Below, piece after piece: positions 1 through 9,829 of a DNA stretch of 64,000 nucleotides. The notes under the pieces were generated by a model. The model did not search any database and had not been told where the DNA came from. It saw only the letters and a list, made by a program, of their open reading frames with translations. Source of the DNA: a virus; the IMG/VR virus record IMGVR_UViG_3300046616_000431, positions 32,001 through 96,000 of that record; one strand, 5' to 3'. Made by a program: the position numbers and the translations under genes. Position 1 is the first letter of the stretch. Each line of letters begins with the position of its first letter.

Positions 1-13
1 AGAGGAGCCCTCT

Positions 14-1672
14 GTGTCGAATGCTAATGCCAACCTCTACCGAGACCGCGCTGACGAGGTCGAGCGCCTCTTCGTGAACGAGCAGATGTCGGCCCCGAAA
101 ATCGCTGAGCAGACTGGCGTCCCGGACTACCAGGTCCGCCTGCTGCTTAAAGAGCGCGGCCATGACCTCGCCAAGAGGCGCTCCCAGAAGGAGCTGCGCC
201 TGCCGGAAGTCACGCCGCTCCTGGAGCAGCGGATGCCTCTCAAGGAGATCGCCAAGCAGACGTCGATCCCGTACGCCACCTTGCGCCGGTGGCTCCAGGA
301 GGAAGGCATCGACACTGGCGCCAACGACCCGGACGCGACCCGGCGCGAACAGCTCATCGACGAGGTCGTGGCCCGCTACCAGAACACCCAGCCCGCCAAC
401 ACCATCGCTGCCGACCTGGGGCTCTCGCACGGGACTGTCCTGCGGTGGCTGCACGAGCGCGGAATCGAGATCCGGCGAGCGCCACTCAAGCGCACCGCCC
501 ACAAGAAGATCAAGCACCTCGACGAGGTGCTGAGGCTGCACCGCGAAGAGGGCAAGACGACCAGCGAGATCACCACCCTCGTGCCGGTCGCTCGGGGCAC
601 CGTGGAAGCCTGGCTCCGAGACGCTGGAGAGAAGCCCCGCTATAGCACCCCCGCTCAGAAGAAGGCCGAGAGGGAGGAAGACCCCCGGCGTCAGATGGTG
701 CTGTCCCTCTACCAGAGCGGCTCCACCTGGAAGCAGATCGTCGCCGAGGCTCACGTCGCGGAGACGACGGCGCGCGGCTGGGTTGCGGAGGCCGGAATCC
801 AGGGGCAGGGTGGCAAGGCTGCGCGGGACACCAGAAAGCGCGCCGAGGCCCTGCGCCTGGCGCGCGAGGAGGACCTGCCCATCATGGAGATCTGCGCGGC
901 CGTCGAGGCGAGTTACTACAAGGTTCGAGAGTGGCTGGACGAGGAGGGCGTACGCGTCCGCCAGCCCGGCGAGCGAACCCCCGACGGCATCCGCCGCAGC
1001 GCGCAGGGCGCCAAGGGCGGCCCGCGTGGTCGCCGCGCTACCAACCGGCCTGCTGCGCCTATCTCTCGTCGGCCGCGCAACCCCGTGCTCCCGCGCGAGT
1101 GCGCCGCGCCGGACTGCACCGAGACCTTCACGTCGCCCACCCGGAAGTACCACAACGACGAGTGCCGGGCGAAGTGGGCCAAGCGCCGCGAGGCCGACCC
1201 GAACAATCACGTCACCTACACCTGCCAGAACTGCAGTAATGAGTTCACCAGGCCGAGGTCCTCGGGCTCCTTCCGGTACTGCTCCAACGACTGCGCCCAG
1301 CGCCACACCAAGACGAAGCAGCACGTGGTGGTGGAGGACGCGGTGGTGCTGGACTCGTCGTACGAGACTCTTCTGTGGTCGCTGTGCCGTATCTACAAGG
1401 TTCCCGTGGAGCGCTACGACCGAGCTGGCGGAGTGGAGTGGCGTGAGGGCGGCTGGTACGCGCCGGACCTTCTGGTGGAGTGGCAGGGGCGCAGCGTGAC
1501 CGTCGAGACGAAGGGCCTTACCGACCCCGAGGACGAGGAGCGCTGGGCCGCGTTCCGCTCCCAGTCCGACGTCCCCCTGGTCGTCCTGACCCAGGCGGAG
1601 TTGGTGCCGCCTCCGGCCAGCCGCGAGGAGCTGCTGGATTTGCTGGGTCTGGGCAAGATCGTCAAGTCGTAG
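14..1672 (+). CDS. Six tandem HTH repeats + two Zn-ribbon motifs + C-terminal PD-(D/E)XK endonuclease (homing-endonuclease-like)
   Basis: AGAGGAG RBS; six repeats like 'PLKEIAKQTSIPYATLRRWLQEEG'; CAAPDC..HNDEC and CQNC..YCSNDC; SSYE...YAPDLLV...VETKG. Confidence 0.7.
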   Translation: MSNANANLYRDRADEVERLFVNEQMSAPKIAEQTGVPDYQVRLLLKERGHDLAKRRSQKELRLPEVTPLLEQRMPLKEIAKQTSIPYATLRRWLQEEGIDTGANDPDATRREQLIDEVVARYQNTQPANTIAADLGLSHGTVLRWLHERGIEIRRAPLKRTAHKKIKHLDEVLRLHREEGKTTSEITTLVPVARGTVEAWLRDAGEKPRYSTPAQKKAEREEDPRRQMVLSLYQSGSTWKQIVAEAHVAETTARGWVAEAGIQGQGGKAARDTRKRAEALRLAREEDLPIMEICAAVEASYYKVREWLDEEGVRVRQPGERTPDGIRRSAQGAKGGPRGRRATNRPAAPISRRPRNPVLPRECAAPDCTETFTSPTRKYHNDECRAKWAKRREADPNNHVTYTCQNCSNEFTRPRSSGSFRYCSNDCAQRHTKTKQHVVVEDAVVLDSSYETLLWSLCRIYKVPVERYDRAGGVEWREGGWYAPDLLVEWQGRSVTVETKGLTDPEDEERWAAFRSQSDVPLVVLTQAELVPPPASREELLDLLGLGKIVKS

Positions 1673-1695
1673 GCCAGGCAGTACGCTTCAGCATG

Positions 1696-1730
1696 ACGGC
1701 CCCCTCTCGGTACGAACGAGAGGGGGCCGT
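1696..1730 (+). terminator. Intrinsic terminator-like hairpin
   Basis: Perfect 14-bp stem ACGGCCCCCTCTCG/CGAGAGGGGGCCGT just after the stop at 1672. Confidence 0.7.
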
Positions 1731-1971
1731 TGCGTGCCCACGTGCCCCTAGGAGTGGGCGCCATTTCCCCGGCTACGGGTCTCTGGCCGCGCGGGCGGAC
1801 GGCCAGACCTCGTGAGCCCCTCACTCCTAAGGGAGTGAGGGGTCACTCGATGGCGCGCCTTTGGCTGGTCATCTCGGCGGGTGACATGTTCTCACCCTGA
1901 CACATTCTCAGCACGATGTGTAGTCGATCAGGTCAATTCCGTGTTCCCCCGAATGAATTCGGCCACGCCTG

Positions 1972-2006
1972 CTGTCCCTGTGTGGGTCGCTCACCATAGG
2001 GGGTGA
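1972..2006 (+). promoter_or_regulatory. Putative late promoter motif
   Basis: CTGTCC-N20-AGGGGGTGA. Confidence 0.6.
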
Positions 2007-2084
2007 GGGTTTGTGGTGGGCCCTCTTGCGGCTCCGTTCTCCGGCCGCCACTCGACCCCCGGACTCCCTTCCGGGGGTTGAGTG

Positions 2085-2119
2085 CTGTCTGGGTGCCTGT
2101 GGCCCCAGCAAAGGGTTGA
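2085..2119 (+). promoter_or_regulatory. Putative late promoter motif
   Basis: CTGTCT-N20-AAGGGTTGA upstream of the ATG at 2161. Confidence 0.6.
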
Positions 2120-2160
2120 CGAGTGCGTTACCGCTCCGTTCCCGATCTCTGGAGGCAGTC

Positions 2161-2547
2161 ATGCAGGTGCAGCGGATTCAGGTCAGCAACCCCTCTGCGG
2201 AGGTGGTCGTCCTCACTCCGGACGCGGACAAGCCGAAGACGTACCTGCGCTTCGAGGGCAAGGGCGATCTCGAAGGTGGCGACGTCCAGTTCGTGTCCCG
2301 GGACACGGTGCTGCAGACGCCGTTCATCAAGGCGGTCAAGCGCGGTGTGCTGCAGGTCGATTCCGACCTGGGCGAGGACACGGAGCTGTCGACTCTGCTG
2401 CGCGTGACGCCTGGTGCGAGGGTCGCGTCGGGGCCGGAGAAGCTCACGGCCACGCGGGTCGTCTACGTCTACGACGAGGACGAAGAGGTCTACAACCGCG
2501 TGGAGAAGAAGATCCCCGTCATCATCGAACCTCTCACGAAGGTGTGA
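2161..2547 (+). CDS. Hypothetical virion/head-region protein
   Basis: GGAGG RBS before ATG 2161; good codon bias. Confidence 0.6.
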   Translation: MQVQRIQVSNPSAEVVVLTPDADKPKTYLRFEGKGDLEGGDVQFVSRDTVLQTPFIKAVKRGVLQVDSDLGEDTELSTLLRVTPGARVASGPEKLTATRVVYVYDEDEEVYNRVEKKIPVIIEPLTKV

Positions 2548-2555
2548 CCGGCCCC

Positions 2556-2903
2556 ATGAGCATGAGTGAAAGCGAGCGGCGTCTGCTGCTCTCGGGCACC
2601 CTCGACACCTCTGGTGTCCACGCGGGTGAGCACGCGTTCCTGCCGGAGGTCGCTTCGGCCTGGGAGGCCGATGTCGAGCCGGTCGTCCAGGACGAGTACG
2701 GACCCGAGCCTGAGATCCCCGGCTGGCCCGGGACGCCGGACGGCAGCGAGCACAGAGAGACACCGCAGGCCCCGACTCCCGAGCCGGGTCAGGTGGTTCT
2801 GGGGAAGCCGGAGCCCGCCCCTGCTGCGCCGGTGGCTGTCCAGCCGAAGCCTGCGGCGCGTAAGCGCATCCCGGCCAAGAAGACCACCGCGCCCAAGGAG
2901 TAG
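2556..2903 (+). CDS. Hypothetical Pro-rich protein
   Basis: ATG 2556 follows the previous stop; acidic/Pro-rich with a Lys-rich tail. Confidence 0.55.
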   Translation: MSMSESERRLLLSGTLDTSGVHAGEHAFLPEVASAWEADVEPVVQDEYGPEPEIPGWPGTPDGSEHRETPQAPTPEPGQVVLGKPEPAPAAPVAVQPKPAARKRIPAKKTTAPKE

Positions 2904-2941
2904 GCGTCCGCGCCTGCTGAGATTTAAGAAGGAGGGCTGCC

Positions 2942-3952
2942 ATGGCCGCGAGCGACCAGAGCAGCACGTACGAGACTGATGGTGCTATCGGCACCAAGGG
3001 TGCTCCGGTCCCGGCTCCGGTCCCGGTATCGCAGCCCGACACGACCAACGTGGCCCTGGTGTCTTCCGTTGGCTGGGCTCCTGTCAATACGGGGCTGACG
3101 GAGTCCGCTGAGACTGTCGTGGCGACGGTGGTCACTGTGGAGCCGCCGTACAAGGCTCCGCCTGGCCCGGTGCCTGCTGTCACCAAGGACACGACGTGGA
3201 CGGACAGCCCTGTCGGCAACGGCACGGCTGCTACGGGGCTGAACGCGCTGCTGTCGATGACGGGCACGGTGGAGACGGGCTCGTTCGGTGCTGTGGCGGC
3301 TGGTTCTTCGGCTCTGCCGGTGGCGCCGGTCGCGCCGACGGCGGCGGCCGGTGACCGCTACGTCCTGGTGTCCTTCACGGCGGTGGCCGACCCGCACGCC
3401 ACGGCCAAGGTGACGCAGTACGTCATCGAGTCCGACACGGGCGGCCACGTCTACGCGCCCCGGGGCGCGACCAGTGTGCGGTTCGAGAACCTCAAGGGCG
3501 GTCAGGCGTACAAGTTCCGTGTGGCGGCCTCGAACAAGAACGGTGACGGTCCCTACGGTCCGTTCTCGGCGGCGGCTGTGGCGCCGGGTAACGAGGACGA
3601 GGTTCGTCCGGTGGGGCTGTCGGCGAAGAACATCGTGAACCCGATCTACAAGCAGGACGGGACGATCAAGCAGGGTTCGTACGGTGCGCCGACGCCTCCG
3701 GGCAAGCCGACGGTGGCGGCTGGTGCGACGACCACGGCCAACGTGACCTGGACTGCGCCGACGTCGGGTCAGCCGTCGGGTGGGTACGACGTCAAGGCGT
3801 CGACCGGGCAGACCGTGCATGCGGCTCCTGCGGCCACGACGATCAACGTGCCGGGCCTGACGCTGACCAACGTGATCACCTTTACGGTCACGGCGATCGG
3901 TCAGCTGCAGAACGCGGTGTCTCCTGCGTCGAACAACTTCACCGTCGTCTGA
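2942..3952 (+). CDS. Fibronectin type III domain virion (decoration) protein
   Basis: Two FN3-like units (NLKGGQAYKFRVAASNKNGDGPYG; VTWTAP..GGYDV..FTVTA); AAGGAGG RBS. Confidence 0.75.
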   Translation: MAASDQSSTYETDGAIGTKGAPVPAPVPVSQPDTTNVALVSSVGWAPVNTGLTESAETVVATVVTVEPPYKAPPGPVPAVTKDTTWTDSPVGNGTAATGLNALLSMTGTVETGSFGAVAAGSSALPVAPVAPTAAAGDRYVLVSFTAVADPHATAKVTQYVIESDTGGHVYAPRGATSVRFENLKGGQAYKFRVAASNKNGDGPYGPFSAAAVAPGNEDEVRPVGLSAKNIVNPIYKQDGTIKQGSYGAPTPPGKPTVAAGATTTANVTWTAPTSGQPSGGYDVKASTGQTVHAAPAATTINVPGLTLTNVITFTVTAIGQLQNAVSPASNNFTVV

Positions 3953-4033
3953 TCTTGGCAGGAGGCCGGGCCCGGAGGGCTGCCCGGCCTGGAGCGCCAG
4001 CGTGAATCCGGATACAAGAGCGCTGCTCGCGAT

Positions 4034-4069
4034 AGCGGCCCCGTCCCACGACTCCGGGACGGGGCTGCT
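4034..4069 (+). terminator. Terminator-like hairpin
   Basis: AGCGGCCCCGTCCC/GGGACGGGGCTGCT stem. Confidence 0.6.
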
Positions 4070-4071
4070 TG

Positions 4072-4105
4072 CTGTTCAGGCGGCCTTCGCTGGCTGAAGG
4101 GGCGA
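4072..4105 (+). promoter_or_regulatory. Putative late promoter motif
   Basis: CTGTTC-N19-AAGGGGCGA. Confidence 0.6.
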
Positions 4106-4126
4106 AGGCGACCGCAAGGAGAGGGC

Positions 4127-4789
4127 ATGTCCGGTACGACACCCAGGCTCGGCCTGAAGACATTCGACCAGTCCGACCCGTTCCTGCGTCAGGACTTCAA
4201 CGACCAGTCGGCCAAGCTCGACGCCTATCCGGGTTCGTTCATCTGCACGTCGGCGTCTCGTCCGGCCTGGGGGCCGAACCAGGCGGGCATGCGGATCTAT
4301 GAGACCGATACCCGGCGGGAGCTGGTGTGGACGGGTACTGCCTGGCGTGAGCCTTTGTCGGCGCCTCCGGTGTGGCAGGGGACTGTGGCGCCGGACGTGG
4401 CCATGGGCCATGACACGCACGTCTACTACAACCTGGCGACGTTCAACGTGAACCGGCCGGGCACTCTCCTGGTCAACTTGACCGTGGAGATCCAGGTCCA
4501 GTCGACGTACACCATGAACGCGCACTTCCGGCCGCAGGTCGACGGCAATGACGCGGGGGTCGGCGGAGGTACGCCTTCGTTCATCCGTGTCGAGCAGGTC
4601 CAGGCCTCGGGTGGCGGCTGGTCCCGTCACTACATGATTCCGGTCCTCGGGATCCGCAGTGTCGGTGTCGGCAGCCACAAGTTCGGCATCCACATGTTCA
4701 CCACGCCGACGTCGGTGACGAAGGCTGGCTCGATGCGTCTGTCTCAGGCGCGGGGCACCGCGCTGCTGGTCAACTCGACGGACACGTGA
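4127..4789 (+). CDS. Virion structural protein (fibre/collar-like)
   Basis: N-terminal 'TTPRLGL..F...D.....DFN....KLD' and 'IYETDT....VWTGTAW' motifs typical of phage fibre proteins. Confidence 0.55.
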   Translation: MSGTTPRLGLKTFDQSDPFLRQDFNDQSAKLDAYPGSFICTSASRPAWGPNQAGMRIYETDTRRELVWTGTAWREPLSAPPVWQGTVAPDVAMGHDTHVYYNLATFNVNRPGTLLVNLTVEIQVQSTYTMNAHFRPQVDGNDAGVGGGTPSFIRVEQVQASGGGWSRHYMIPVLGIRSVGVGSHKFGIHMFTTPTSVTKAGSMRLSQARGTALLVNSTDT

Positions 4790-5658
4790 TGGACGAGTAC
4801 ACCGACCGCGCGTACGTATCCCGGTACGGCGCCGCCGAGTTCGGGCTCCGGGTCATGCGCGCCGGTGTGCTCGGCGACGCCGACGGTCCTGTCACGGTCA
4901 CGCTGCTGTCCGACACTCCGGCGGCCACGGTGGTCTTCTCGCGGGCTGCGGACCATCCGGGCGTCGGCGAGTACACGGTGCGGCTGACGTCTCTGGAGAC
5001 GGCTGCTGTGGGCCCGTACGTCCTGGTGTGGCAGTACGTGGTCAACTCGTTGCCGGAGGAGTGGCGGGTCTGGCTGGAGGTGGGCAAGGCCGCCCCGGAG
5101 TACGACCGTCTGACGGACGACATGAAGGGGATCATCGAGACGACGTGGAACCGGTTCTCCGACCTGTTCGACTTCGCCACCGAGGGTCCTCACCTGCAGA
5201 CGTACGTGCAGTCGAACTTCGGCCGGAACCGCCTTGCGCAGTTGATGCGTATCGCTGTCGGGCGTCTGAACACGGTGGCGCAGCCGTTCCAGTCGTACTC
5301 CATCGACGGTGACGGCGGCGCCTCGTTCCCGGTCGACCGGTGGGGCTCGTTGCTGGAGTCGGCGCTGTATGTCGAGTGCCTGCGGCATCTGATGCGTTCC
5401 TACGTCGAGCAGCCTGAGGTGCAGTCCGGCTCGGGTGTCTCGCGGCTGGACCGGCGGGACTACATGGACCGCTGGGGCACCGTGCTGCAGGACGAGGAGC
5501 AGGTCCTCAAGCAGCAGCTGGAGCACTTCAAGATCGCGAACATGGGGCTCGGGCGTGCCCGGGTCCTGGTCTCGGGTGGCGCGTGGGGGCGGTGGGGGCC
5601 GAACCGTCTGCCGCTGTCGTACGCGGCCCGTGCCAACTGGGTTACACGGAATTACTGA
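4786..5658 (+). CDS. Putative head-tail adaptor/neck protein
   Basis: Synteny between head and tail genes; overlapping start; 290 aa. Confidence 0.5.
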   Translation: MMDEYTDRAYVSRYGAAEFGLRVMRAGVLGDADGPVTVTLLSDTPAATVVFSRAADHPGVGEYTVRLTSLETAAVGPYVLVWQYVVNSLPEEWRVWLEVGKAAPEYDRLTDDMKGIIETTWNRFSDLFDFATEGPHLQTYVQSNFGRNRLAQLMRIAVGRLNTVAQPFQSYSIDGDGGASFPVDRWGSLLESALYVECLRHLMRSYVEQPEVQSGSGVSRLDRRDYMDRWGTVLQDEEQVLKQQLEHFKIANMGLGRARVLVSGGAWGRWGPNRLPLSYAARANWVTRNY

Positions 5659-5674
5659 CCGGCAAGGAGGGGCC

Positions 5675-5854
5675 ATGTCCGGTGGCGCCCAAGAAGGTCC
5701 TGCTCCGTCCGTCGAGTTCGGCCTGGACCACATCGAGGTCAACCAGGTCATCTGCACGCACCGCGTCTGCGGCCACGGCCAGGTCGTGGCCTCTCTCTAC
5801 GAAGCCGAGAAGTTCCGGATCCTGCACATCTGCCCTGGTCGGGCGCTGATCTGA
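5675..5854 (+). CDS. Small hypothetical protein
   Basis: AAGGAGG RBS, ATG 5675, 59 aa with Cys/His. Confidence 0.5.
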   Translation: MSGGAQEGPAPSVEFGLDHIEVNQVICTHRVCGHGQVVASLYEAEKFRILHICPGRALI

Positions 5855-5867
5855 AAGGAGGCCGCTG

Positions 5868-6044
5868 ATGGCCTACACCGTCACTCTCAAGGCAGGGCTG
5901 GCCAACGTCGTCCTGCCGAACGGCAACCTCTACCAGGGTGGCGACGTCGTCATCCTGACCGACGAGCAGTACGGGCGGATGACCGCGACGGCCCGTACTG
6001 CTGTCGTCCAGACCGCGACCATCGTGCCCGTTCCGGCATCCTGA
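5868..6044 (+). CDS. Small hypothetical virion protein (58 aa, absent from ORF track)
   Basis: AAAGGAGG RBS; MAYTVTLKAGLANVVLPNGNLYQGGDVVILTDEQYGRM...; strong codon bias. Confidence 0.7.
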   Translation: MAYTVTLKAGLANVVLPNGNLYQGGDVVILTDEQYGRMTATARTAVVQTATIVPVPAS

Positions 6045-6060
6045 CGTAGCGAGGCAAGCT

Positions 6061-9000
6061 GTGGCGCGCAGGATCTTCCCCCAGGACCGTATGGCCTACC
6101 GCGTGGCCGGGCCGGGGTCCTACCTGTACTCGGCCGCGACCACGACGGTGGTCGTGTACGCCGACGAGGCATGCACGGTGCTGGCCGACATCCAGGACCT
6201 GGAGGGCGCGCCTCTGGCGGGCTCGGCTCTGGTGGTGGATGCCACGTCGCAGCTGCCCCGTTTCCTCGGCCCGGCCGACGGTACGGCCACGCTGTGGGTC
6301 AGGGGGTCTGGCGGCATCTCTGTGTCCCTCGGCGCCGAGGTCGAGGCCCGGGTGGAGGACGCCGAGGCGGCCCTGGCTGCCCACCTGACGGCCCCGGACG
6401 CCCACGGTGACCGGGCCTGGGCCACGGACCAGTTCGACGCCGTGGGGGCCGCGTCAGCGGCTCAGGTGGCGGCTGCGGCCGACGCGACGGGCAAGGTGTC
6501 CTCCCACGCGGCGGCTGCCGACCCGCATGGCGACCGGGCCTGGGCTGCGGGGCAGTTCGACGCCATGGGCGCCGCCACGGCGGCCCAGAGCGCTGCGGCG
6601 GCCGACGCGGCCTCGAAGGTAGCGGCCCACGTCTCTACCCCTGACGCCCACGGGGATCGAGCCTGGGCCAGCGGACAGTTCGACCCGGCCGGTGCCGCCT
6701 CGGCCGCCCAGAGTGCCGCTGCCACGGATGCGACCAGCAAGGTGGCCGCGCACGCCTCGGCCGCCGACCCGCACGGAGACCGGGCGGACGCCGCAGCGAA
6801 GTACGTGCCGACGGGCGACAGCCGCCTGACGAACGCGCGCACGCCGACGTCGCACGCGGCCAGCCACGCCTTCGGCGGCAGCGACCCCGTCACGGTGGCC
6901 CAGTCTCAGGTGACCGGCCTGACGGCCGCCTTGGCGACTGCCTTGACGCAGACCACGGCGGACGCCCGGTACCCGGTGAAGAGCAGCCTGGTCCTGAATG
7001 TGAAGGACTTCGGGGCTCAGGGCGACGGCACGACCGACGACTCGACGGCGATCCAGAACGCCATCAACGCCATCCCGGCCTCGGGCGGGGCCCTGTACTT
7101 CCCCCGTGGCGCCTACGTGGTCAACACCACGCTCGTCCCCAAGTCCTTCACCCGGCTCTTCGGTGACTCCTGGGGCCGGGCGAAGCTCATCTCGACGACG
7201 ACCGACCTGTTCAAGATGGACGTGGCCCAGGTCGACCGCTTCGAGATGGACCACCTGGCGCTGGATGTGACCGGCGGCCATGCCTTCGTGGGCGCGCAGA
7301 TGGTGCGGTGCCACTTCCACCACCTGGACATCAACGTCCGCTCGGCCGACAAGTCCGTGTGGAGCGCGCCGAACGTGGCGCTGATGGTCGAGTGCTACTA
7401 CTCGGAGATCCAGTACCGGGTGTACGGGGCCACGCGCACCGTCCCGGCCTGGAACCTCGTCTCCTCCGGGGTCGACCTGGTGACCGAGTGCGTGTGGGAG
7501 CGGGTGACCTGCTGGAACAACGACAGCGACGCGACCCAGTACCAGTTCCTCCTTTCCTGCACGAACGCCAACGCGGCGAACCGGAACAACACCTGGCGAA
7601 ACGTCGTGTTCGAGCAGGCCTGTGGCGGTGCGATCAAGGCGGACTCGGCGACCGGCATCCTGATCGACGGCTGCTACTCCTGGGACACCCCTGCGCTCTC
7701 GATCCAGAACGCGCTGTTCGCGATCACCAAGAACGCGGGGAACGCCCTCGTGCCCCGCAACACGGTCATCCGCTCCAGCGGGCGCGTGGGCGACGGACTG
7801 GCCGCGAACGTCTACGACATCTCGCTGTCCTCGACCGCCTTGCAGACCACTCTCGACAACGTCCAGGGGTCCACCACGTCGCCGATCCGCATGAACTTGG
7901 GCGGCGCGGTCGGAGTGTGGCTGAACAATGTGCAGGCCAGCGCCACCATCGACGGTGTCACGGCGGCCAACTACGCCTACCTCCAGCGCGGCGCGTTCAC
8001 CGCCCAGCCGATCTCCTCGGCCGACGCCTTTACCGCCCTCATGCTGGACACCACCGGTGCCCGGGGTGCGCTGCGCGGCCAGGGACAGAACGCCTCCCAG
8101 CGCCTGCTCACCGGCCTGGTCGCCGGGGATGCCAACGCCCGGGTGATTGATTTCCTGGACGGCAAGCGGACGTACGGGGACGGCACCAACGCTCCGGATG
8201 CCACGTGGCGCCGGTCCGGCGCCGGGGTGCTGAGCACGGACCAGATGCTCTCGGCGCTCCAGGGCATGCAGGTCGGTGCTGTCACCCCCGACCTGGGCGG
8301 CGGTGTCGGCGTCTTCGGCCTGAAGAACGCCACGACGGCGCCGACGACCAGCCCGACCAATGGAGCCATCCTCTACGCCGAGAACGGCGTGCTGAAGGTC
8401 AAGCAGGCCGACGGCACTGTCATCACCATCTCGCCTGTGCCCCGACTGGACCAGGTCGGCGCCCCCACCGCCGCTGTGGCTTTGAACAGCCAGAAGATCA
8501 CCGGTCTGGCCAACGGCTCCGCCGCCTCCGACGCAGCCGCTTTCGGGCAGATCCCGGTCTCAGGTACCACCGCAGCCACCTACGCCGCAGGCAACGACAG
8601 CCGCATCACCGGGGCGCTCCAGGCTGCCAGCAACCTGTCCGATGTGGCGAACAAGGTAACCGCGCTCACCAACCTCGGGCTCCCAGGCAAGAACTGCACC
8701 TCGAACGAGACCAACTCCACCGTCACCCAGCAGGCGTCCACCCAGCTGGTCGTGCCGGTGGTGGCCAGCGGGATCTACGTGGTCATGGGCAAGCTCGCGA
8801 TCCAGACCCCGTCGGGCGTCAGCTTCGTCCACGGCTGGACCGCGCCTGCCGGTTCCACCATGGTCTGGGGCGACTCCTCCACGCTCCTCAACACCATTGG
8901 CAGCACCGACAGTTGGAGCGGTACCGGGGCGATGAAGTGGGCCAACATCTTCGGGACGCTCACGGTCGGCGGCTCCAGCGGAAACCTGACGGTGACGTTC

Positions 9001-9072
9001 GCCTCGGGCACCGCCGCGAACGTGGCCACGCTCGGGGTCGGCAGCCACATCGCCCTCATGAGAATCGGCTAG
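6061..9072 (+). CDS. Fibre/tailspike-like protein with pectate-lyase-like beta-helix (putative depolymerase)
   Basis: NVKDFGAQGDGTTDDSTAIQNAINA...GGALYFPRGAY motif; N-terminal 41-aa repeats. Confidence 0.8.
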   Translation: MARRIFPQDRMAYRVAGPGSYLYSAATTTVVVYADEACTVLADIQDLEGAPLAGSALVVDATSQLPRFLGPADGTATLWVRGSGGISVSLGAEVEARVEDAEAALAAHLTAPDAHGDRAWATDQFDAVGAASAAQVAAAADATGKVSSHAAAADPHGDRAWAAGQFDAMGAATAAQSAAAADAASKVAAHVSTPDAHGDRAWASGQFDPAGAASAAQSAAATDATSKVAAHASAADPHGDRADAAAKYVPTGDSRLTNARTPTSHAASHAFGGSDPVTVAQSQVTGLTAALATALTQTTADARYPVKSSLVLNVKDFGAQGDGTTDDSTAIQNAINAIPASGGALYFPRGAYVVNTTLVPKSFTRLFGDSWGRAKLISTTTDLFKMDVAQVDRFEMDHLALDVTGGHAFVGAQMVRCHFHHLDINVRSADKSVWSAPNVALMVECYYSEIQYRVYGATRTVPAWNLVSSGVDLVTECVWERVTCWNNDSDATQYQFLLSCTNANAANRNNTWRNVVFEQACGGAIKADSATGILIDGCYSWDTPALSIQNALFAITKNAGNALVPRNTVIRSSGRVGDGLAANVYDISLSSTALQTTLDNVQGSTTSPIRMNLGGAVGVWLNNVQASATIDGVTAANYAYLQRGAFTAQPISSADAFTALMLDTTGARGALRGQGQNASQRLLTGLVAGDANARVIDFLDGKRTYGDGTNAPDATWRRSGAGVLSTDQMLSALQGMQVGAVTPDLGGGVGVFGLKNATTAPTTSPTNGAILYAENGVLKVKQADGTVITISPVPRLDQVGAPTAAVALNSQKITGLANGSAASDAAAFGQIPVSGTTAATYAAGNDSRITGALQAASNLSDVANKVTALTNLGLPGKNCTSNETNSTVTQQASTQLVVPVVASGIYVVMGKLAIQTPSGVSFVHGWTAPAGSTMVWGDSSTLLNTIGSTDSWSGTGAMKWANIFGTLTVGGSSGNLTVTFASGTAANVATLGVGSHIALMRIG
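6376..6800 (+). repeat. 123-nt (41-aa) tandem coding repeat, ~3.5 copies
   Basis: H-x4-D-[AP]-HGDRA motif four times with a 41-aa period. Confidence 0.8.
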
Positions 9073-9080
9073 GAGTCCTC

Positions 9081-9791
9081 GTGCCCATCCCTCTCCCGCT
9101 GCCGTCGCCGACTCCTGCCCCGCAGGCCGACGGCCAGCGCGGTACGTACGTCCGCTCCCGGCAGGACTGGGCCGTCGAGCAGGAGCGCCAGCGCCACAAC
9201 CAGGCGCTGTACATGATGGGCGAGAACGTCCTGTTCTGCCTGCTGTGGACGGCCCGCGACCACGACCAGGGCCTCGTCGGCCTGTGCCCCGTGTGCGCGA
9301 CCGACCGCATCGCGCAAGCCTACGGGCAGGCGACGCGGAACAAGTGCCCGTCGTGCTTCGGCACGCGCTTCGAGGGCGGCTACCGGGCGCTGATCGTCAG
9401 GCCCGCGATCTTCACGGACGCGGACGATGGCCAGAGCTTCACGGCCCGTGGTGTCGTCTCGCCGCAGGAGGTGCACCTGGAGACCACCAGCGACTTCCGG
9501 GTCCACGGCGGCGACTACGCCATGCGCGCGACCGGGGAGCGGCTGCAGCTGCGCTCGCCGCAGCGCACCACGCTGCGCACGGGCTTCGGGACGCCGCACC
9601 AGAGCGAGGACGGGACGGCGTACAACCTGTCGCGGGCGGCCGTCGAGGACTCCACGTCGGTGGCGTACCTGATCCCTCCGGCCACCGCACCCCTGGTGAC
9701 CATTCTGTCCCGGTCTGGGGCGACTCCGGTCAGTTTCAGTGACATCGAAGTTATTAGGGCTCCGTTGATCCCGCTGTACGAGCGAGACTGA
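9081..9791 (+). CDS. Putative head-closure/neck protein with Zn-binding motif
   Basis: AGGAG RBS + GTG 9081; CPVC...CPSCFGT..GGY; synteny. Confidence 0.55.
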   Translation: MPIPLPLPSPTPAPQADGQRGTYVRSRQDWAVEQERQRHNQALYMMGENVLFCLLWTARDHDQGLVGLCPVCATDRIAQAYGQATRNKCPSCFGTRFEGGYRALIVRPAIFTDADDGQSFTARGVVSPQEVHLETTSDFRVHGGDYAMRATGERLQLRSPQRTTLRTGFGTPHQSEDGTAYNLSRAAVEDSTSVAYLIPPATAPLVTILSRSGATPVSFSDIEVIRAPLIPLYERD

Positions 9792-9829
9792 CAGGCGTAC
9801 CCGCCAAGAACCCACCACAAGAGGTCCTG

